The position numbers were made by a program, and so were the translations under genes. The notes below the pieces were generated by a model. It searched no databases. It worked only from the letters and a program-made list of their open reading frames with translations, and had not been told where the DNA came from. Below are positions 1 through 1,932 of a DNA stretch of 1,932 nucleotides, piece by piece; the first letter of the stretch is position 1, and each line of letters begins with the position of its first letter. The stretch lies in NCBI GenBank assembly GCA_000004985.1, contig GG739302.1; one strand, given 5' to 3'. The stretch comes from Naegleria gruberi. Its lineage: Eukaryota.

Positions 1-2
1 AT

Positions 3-302
3 GTCTTCCTACAACAAGTTATGGAAAGTAATGATGATAGTGTGACATCTAATTTAATTCAAACCAGTACTCATTCAATTGTTGGTGTTGATGTTAAACA
101 AATCAACAATCCATCAGAGATGTCCGGCAGTACATACTTTGATTTCATAAGCTCTGTATTTTTCAGACTAATCCGAACAGCAGCTGACTGTTGTGAAATT
201 GTTTATGAAAGGACATCAATTGGTGCCAAGCTTTGCTTGGGAATGGCGCTAGCTTCCGTTCTATTTATTATTGCAAAGAGGATTGTTTGTTGTGGCTTGT
301 AA
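3..302 (+). CDS. 3' portion of a gene for a probable tail-anchored (C-terminal transmembrane) protein of unknown function. The frame is open to the left window edge. The first in-frame ATG is at 21, so it could also be a complete 93-aa protein.
   Basis: Frame-3 ORF with no stop from position 3 to TAA at 300-302. The C-terminus reads ...ERTSIGAKLCLGMALASVLFIIAKRIVCCGL: an approximately 18-residue hydrophobic stretch followed by basic KR and a terminal CCGL, typical of tail-anchored proteins. An AATAAA-like signal sits immediately after the stop (301-306). I recognise no homolog from memory. The codon usage is AT-rich, consistent with the host. Confidence 0.45.
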   Translation, partial: VFLQQVMESNDDSVTSNLIQTSTHSIVGVDVKQINNPSEMSGSTYFDFISSVFFRLIRTAADCCEIVYERTSIGAKLCLGMALASVLFIIAKRIVCCGL

Positions 303-341
303 ATAAAAATTATGTTTTATGCAATGTAGAATTTTATTCTT
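303..341. promoter_or_regulatory. Shared convergent 3' UTR and polyadenylation region between the tail-anchored protein gene (+) and the Cmc4-like gene (-).
   Basis: Only 39 bp separate the two stop codons. AATAAA is present on the + strand at 301-306 (aaataaaaat). AATAAA is present on the - strand within the reverse complement of 303-341 (aataaaattctacattgcataaaac...). The 3' UTRs and poly(A) sites must therefore overlap or abut. Confidence 0.4.
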
Positions 342-554
342 CTAGTTTTTCGTTGTTGATGTTGATGTTAATTGTTTTTGTTTTTCCTTTTCAGCAAACT
401 TTTTCACACACTCATTGTAGTTCCTCATTTCATCCTCACATTGATTTTGATTGAAATTATTCTTTGCTAAACATCCTTGAATTTTACATGCCAAAGTATG
501 ACAAGGATCGTCACTTGATTTATCTATATTCCACATTCCGACAGTATTTTTCAT
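342..554 (-). CDS. CMC4: Cmc4-like twin Cx9C (CHCH-fold) mitochondrial intermembrane-space protein, 70 aa.
   Basis: Translation: MKNTVGMWNIDKSSDDPCHTLACKIQGCLAKNNFNQNQCEDEMRNYNECVKKFAEKEKQKQLTSTSTTKN. The motif DPC-x4-C-x4-C-L-x9-C-x9-C matches the human p8-MTCP1/CMC4 N-terminal pattern (DPCQKQACEIQKCL...x9C...x9CC) in spacing and in several residues (DPC, AC, IQ, CL). There is an in-frame stop three codons upstream of the ATG. The stop is TAG at 342-344. The start could alternatively be Met7 (MWNID...). Confidence 0.8.
   Translation of the reverse strand: MKNTVGMWNIDKSSDDPCHTLACKIQGCLAKNNFNQNQCEDEMRNYNECVKKFAEKEKQKQLTSTSTTKN
351..374. repeat. Imperfect TTGATG/TTG trinucleotide-type repeat (gttgttgatgttgatgttaattg) lying inside the Cmc4-like CDS and encoding TSTSTT on the - strand.
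   Basis: Direct reading of positions 351-374. It corresponds to the low-complexity C-terminal tail (LTSTSTTKN) of the Cmc4-like protein. It is a potential slippage-prone microsatellite. Confidence 0.4.
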
Positions 555-1140
555 ATCACCACATTATAAATTGATGAAGACAACCAACCTCTATTAATTG
601 CTGTGTTTCCCATTTTTTTTAATATATCGTCCCTCAAAAAAATACCTCAACGTCTAGTACGTTTGTGCGGTTTTCTAGATTGACCAAGATGCAAGTAGCA
701 CAGCGCTAAACTATCGCCGTAACTTTCGGCATCGAGGTTTAGATGGATTCAAACTATGTATTGTTTATTCTTGTCTGTAGAATAACATATAGCTATCTTC
801 TGTCAAAGATTTAAAGCAGGTTTCTTTAGTTTAGCACGGGCAAAACAATGTAAAGATACCGAGGCGTGGAGAGTAATGATTTAATTATGAACAGAAAGGA
901 AATTTTATAAGAATATAATCAAAGAGAATAGATATTGTAGAACGTTACGTAAGAATTTTATTGCAGCGTAAGAGATGGTATTGGATCACCTTCTCGATAT
1001 CCTTGACAGATATTTCAGATGCTTCCCCATTTAATTTTCTATTATTTCGCGATGTTTACTTTCCCTATGGTTTCCATTAGTCACGGTCTAACTCTTGATT
1101 AGTTTCCAACTATGCAACTTAAAGGCTAGGCGATAACTCC

Positions 1141-1213
1141 ACTCCTAAAAGTCCCCGTCCAATGACGAAGCTGTGAATGAACTTTGTTCCTACGATACAC
1201 ACTCCAAAAGTAC
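1141..1213 (+). repeat. Pair of direct repeats ACTCC(T)AAAAGT(C/A)C about 60 bp apart (1141-1154 and 1201-1213), within a C-rich island.
   Basis: The first copy is preceded by a tandem ACTCC (1136-1140), giving ACTCCACTCCTAAAAGTCC. The second copy is ACACACTCCAAAAGTACACC. The two copies match at 12 of about 14 positions. Confidence 0.35.
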
Positions 1214-1400
1214 ACCATCACAAGAGTGCTTGGTCGAGAATCTGAATAGATTCGAAAAATTGTAGTGTATAATAATCGGTATTATAAATTTTTTTTAATA
1301 TATTATTAATTTCATTAGTCAAATTAAAGGTTGTGATACAAATAGAATATTTCGAATCTCATTTCATCCTATTGATTTTATCATTTGGTTTATCAGAATA

Positions 1401-1410
1401 TTTTATAATT
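1401..1410 (+). promoter_or_regulatory. Upstream TATA element (TTTTATAATT) about -30 to -21 relative to the 5S start. It is a candidate TBP/TFIIIB site of a Pol III promoter.
   Basis: TATAAT lies at 1405-1410, ending 21 bp before the first nucleotide of the 5S gene (1431). In fission yeast, Pol III genes including 5S require a TATA box near -30. The internal A-box/IE/C-box region of the gene lies at roughly +50 to +97. Confidence 0.5.
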
Positions 1411-1430
1411 AAGATTTAAGAAGTTAGAAT

Positions 1431-1548
1431 GGCTACGGCCATATCACGATGAGTGCACCTCATCCCGTCCGATTTGAGAAGTTAAGCATCGTCGAGCCAC
1501 ATCAGTACTGAGGTTGGAGACAACTTGGGAACCTGTGGTGCTGTAGTC
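1431..1548 (+). rRNA. 5S ribosomal RNA gene, a dispersed copy not embedded in an rDNA repeat (the 3' end may include 1-2 of the following T residues).
   Basis: GGCTACGGCCATATC...CCCGTCCGAT...GTTAAGC...AGTACTGAGGTTGGAGACAACTTGGGAACCTGTGGTGCTGTAGTC. Nucleotides 1-9 pair with 110-118 with no mismatch (G-C, G-U, C-G, U-A, A-U, C-G, G-U, G-C, C-G), forming helix I. The loop C, loop E (AGTAC) and GGGAA motifs are conserved. The 3' half is very close to the Schizosaccharomyces pombe 5S sequence as I recall it. A T6 run follows immediately. Confidence 0.93.
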
Positions 1549-1554
1549 TTTTTT
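1549..1554 (+). terminator. RNA polymerase III terminator (T6 run).
   Basis: TTTTTT follows directly after the last helix-I nucleotide of the 5S gene. Confidence 0.75.
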
Positions 1555-1932
1555 ATTCAATTTATTATATCGCTGTTGTGGATACAATTTAATTACTGAA
1601 CCAACAATCAATAGATTCGTTGCCTTCACTGTTCATACAGTCAAAGACTGTAGCGGGATAGTCGAGGCTTCCCGTCTAATTATTAAGCGAAGATTTAATT
1701 AAAAAAAACATTACCTCTGAACAAGTCAAAATCTCCAACATAGAGACAACAATGAATACTAAAAAAGAAAACGACTAACCAATACCAATCTCAACAACAA
1801 CTGTTCGCCTCCAGCTGGTTTTGGAAGTCTTATTAGCATTATTGGTATTATAATTATGGCAATAACTCTCACCAAGCAATTGTCTAAATTATTTTTTTTG
1901 TAACAATAATTATTCATGTTTCAATCCCAGAA

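Noticed and set aside
233-454. 73-aa + strand ORF (MLGNGASFRS...LLMLMLIVFVFPF...).
   Set aside because: It overlaps the 3' end of the tail-anchored ORF and is antisense to the Cmc4-like CDS. Its low-complexity LLMLML segment is simply the reverse-frame shadow of the TSTSTT-encoding repeat, and it has no recognisable motif.
574-579. TGATGA (C-box-like) in the Cmc4 upstream region, possibly a box C/D snoRNA.
   Set aside because: There is no CTGA D box within 120 nt downstream on that strand and no terminal stem. On the opposite strand the same hexamer reads TCATCA.
690-760. tRNA-like signals: TAGCACAGCGC resembling an A box (TRGCNNAGTGG), and GGATTCAAAC resembling a T loop.
   Set aside because: I could not build a cloverleaf. 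Position 53 would be A, the proposed T stem (atgga / tatgt) does not pair, the acceptor stem is absent, and the spacing is wrong. This is most likely chance.
940-980. gtaagaattttattgcag, resembling a splice donor (GTAAGA) plus acceptor (TTGCAG), followed by a second cgtaagag.
   Set aside because: The implied intron would be only about 18 nt, below any known fungal minimum. There is no flanking exon ORF and no branch-point motif, so it is likely coincidental.
1444-1629. 61-aa - strand ORF.
   Set aside because: It lies antisense across the 5S rRNA gene and terminator. A structured RNA gene explains the region fully, so the ORF is spurious.
1744-1917. About 57-codon - strand ORF (MNNYCYKKNNLDNCLVRVIAIIIIPIMLIRLPKPAGGEQLLLRLVLVSRFLF).
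   Set aside because: It is short, and low-complexity (I/L-rich) as expected from translating AT-rich DNA. It has an in-frame stop right upstream and no recognisable domain. It cannot be excluded as a small membrane peptide, but there is no positive evidence.
1-1932. Prokaryotic-style systems (defence islands, CRISPR, toxin-antitoxin, operons).
   Set aside because: The 5S sequence is eukaryotic-type and carries a Pol III TATA and T-run. The Cx9C mitochondrial intermembrane-space protein, the AATAAA signals and the long ORF-free AT-rich spacers all indicate eukaryotic nuclear DNA. No direct-repeat/spacer periodicity was seen.

Overview
This is AT-rich eukaryotic nuclear DNA, most likely fungal; it is not prokaryotic. 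I support three genes from the sequence. (1) A 5S rRNA gene on the + strand (1431-1548), with a perfect 9-bp helix I, the conserved CCCGTCCGAT and AGTAC motifs, an upstream TATAATT about 26 bp before the start, and a T6 RNA polymerase III terminator. Its 3' half closely resembles the Schizosaccharomyces-type 5S sequence as I remember it. (2) A 70-aa ORF on the - strand (554..342) whose cysteine spacing is C-x4-C-x4-C-L-x9-C-x9-C. That pattern is diagnostic of the Cmc4 / p8-MTCP1 family of twin Cx9C proteins (CHCH fold) of the mitochondrial intermembrane space. (3) The 3' end of a + strand ORF (open to the left edge, ending at 302) that encodes a C-terminal hydrophobic segment followed by a short basic tail and a CCGL end, suggesting a tail-anchored membrane protein. 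Genes 2 and 3 are convergent, with stop codons only 39 bp apart. The rest of the window, 555-1430 and 1555-1932, contains no ORF of 60 aa or longer. It is A/T-tract rich apart from a relatively GC-richer, C-skewed island (about 1040-1250) that carries a short direct repeat. I see nothing that convincingly indicates a novel multi-gene system. The items worth follow-up are the dispersed 5S gene with a TATA-dependent-looking Pol III promoter, possible 5S-derived debris downstream of it, and the ORF-less GC island upstream.
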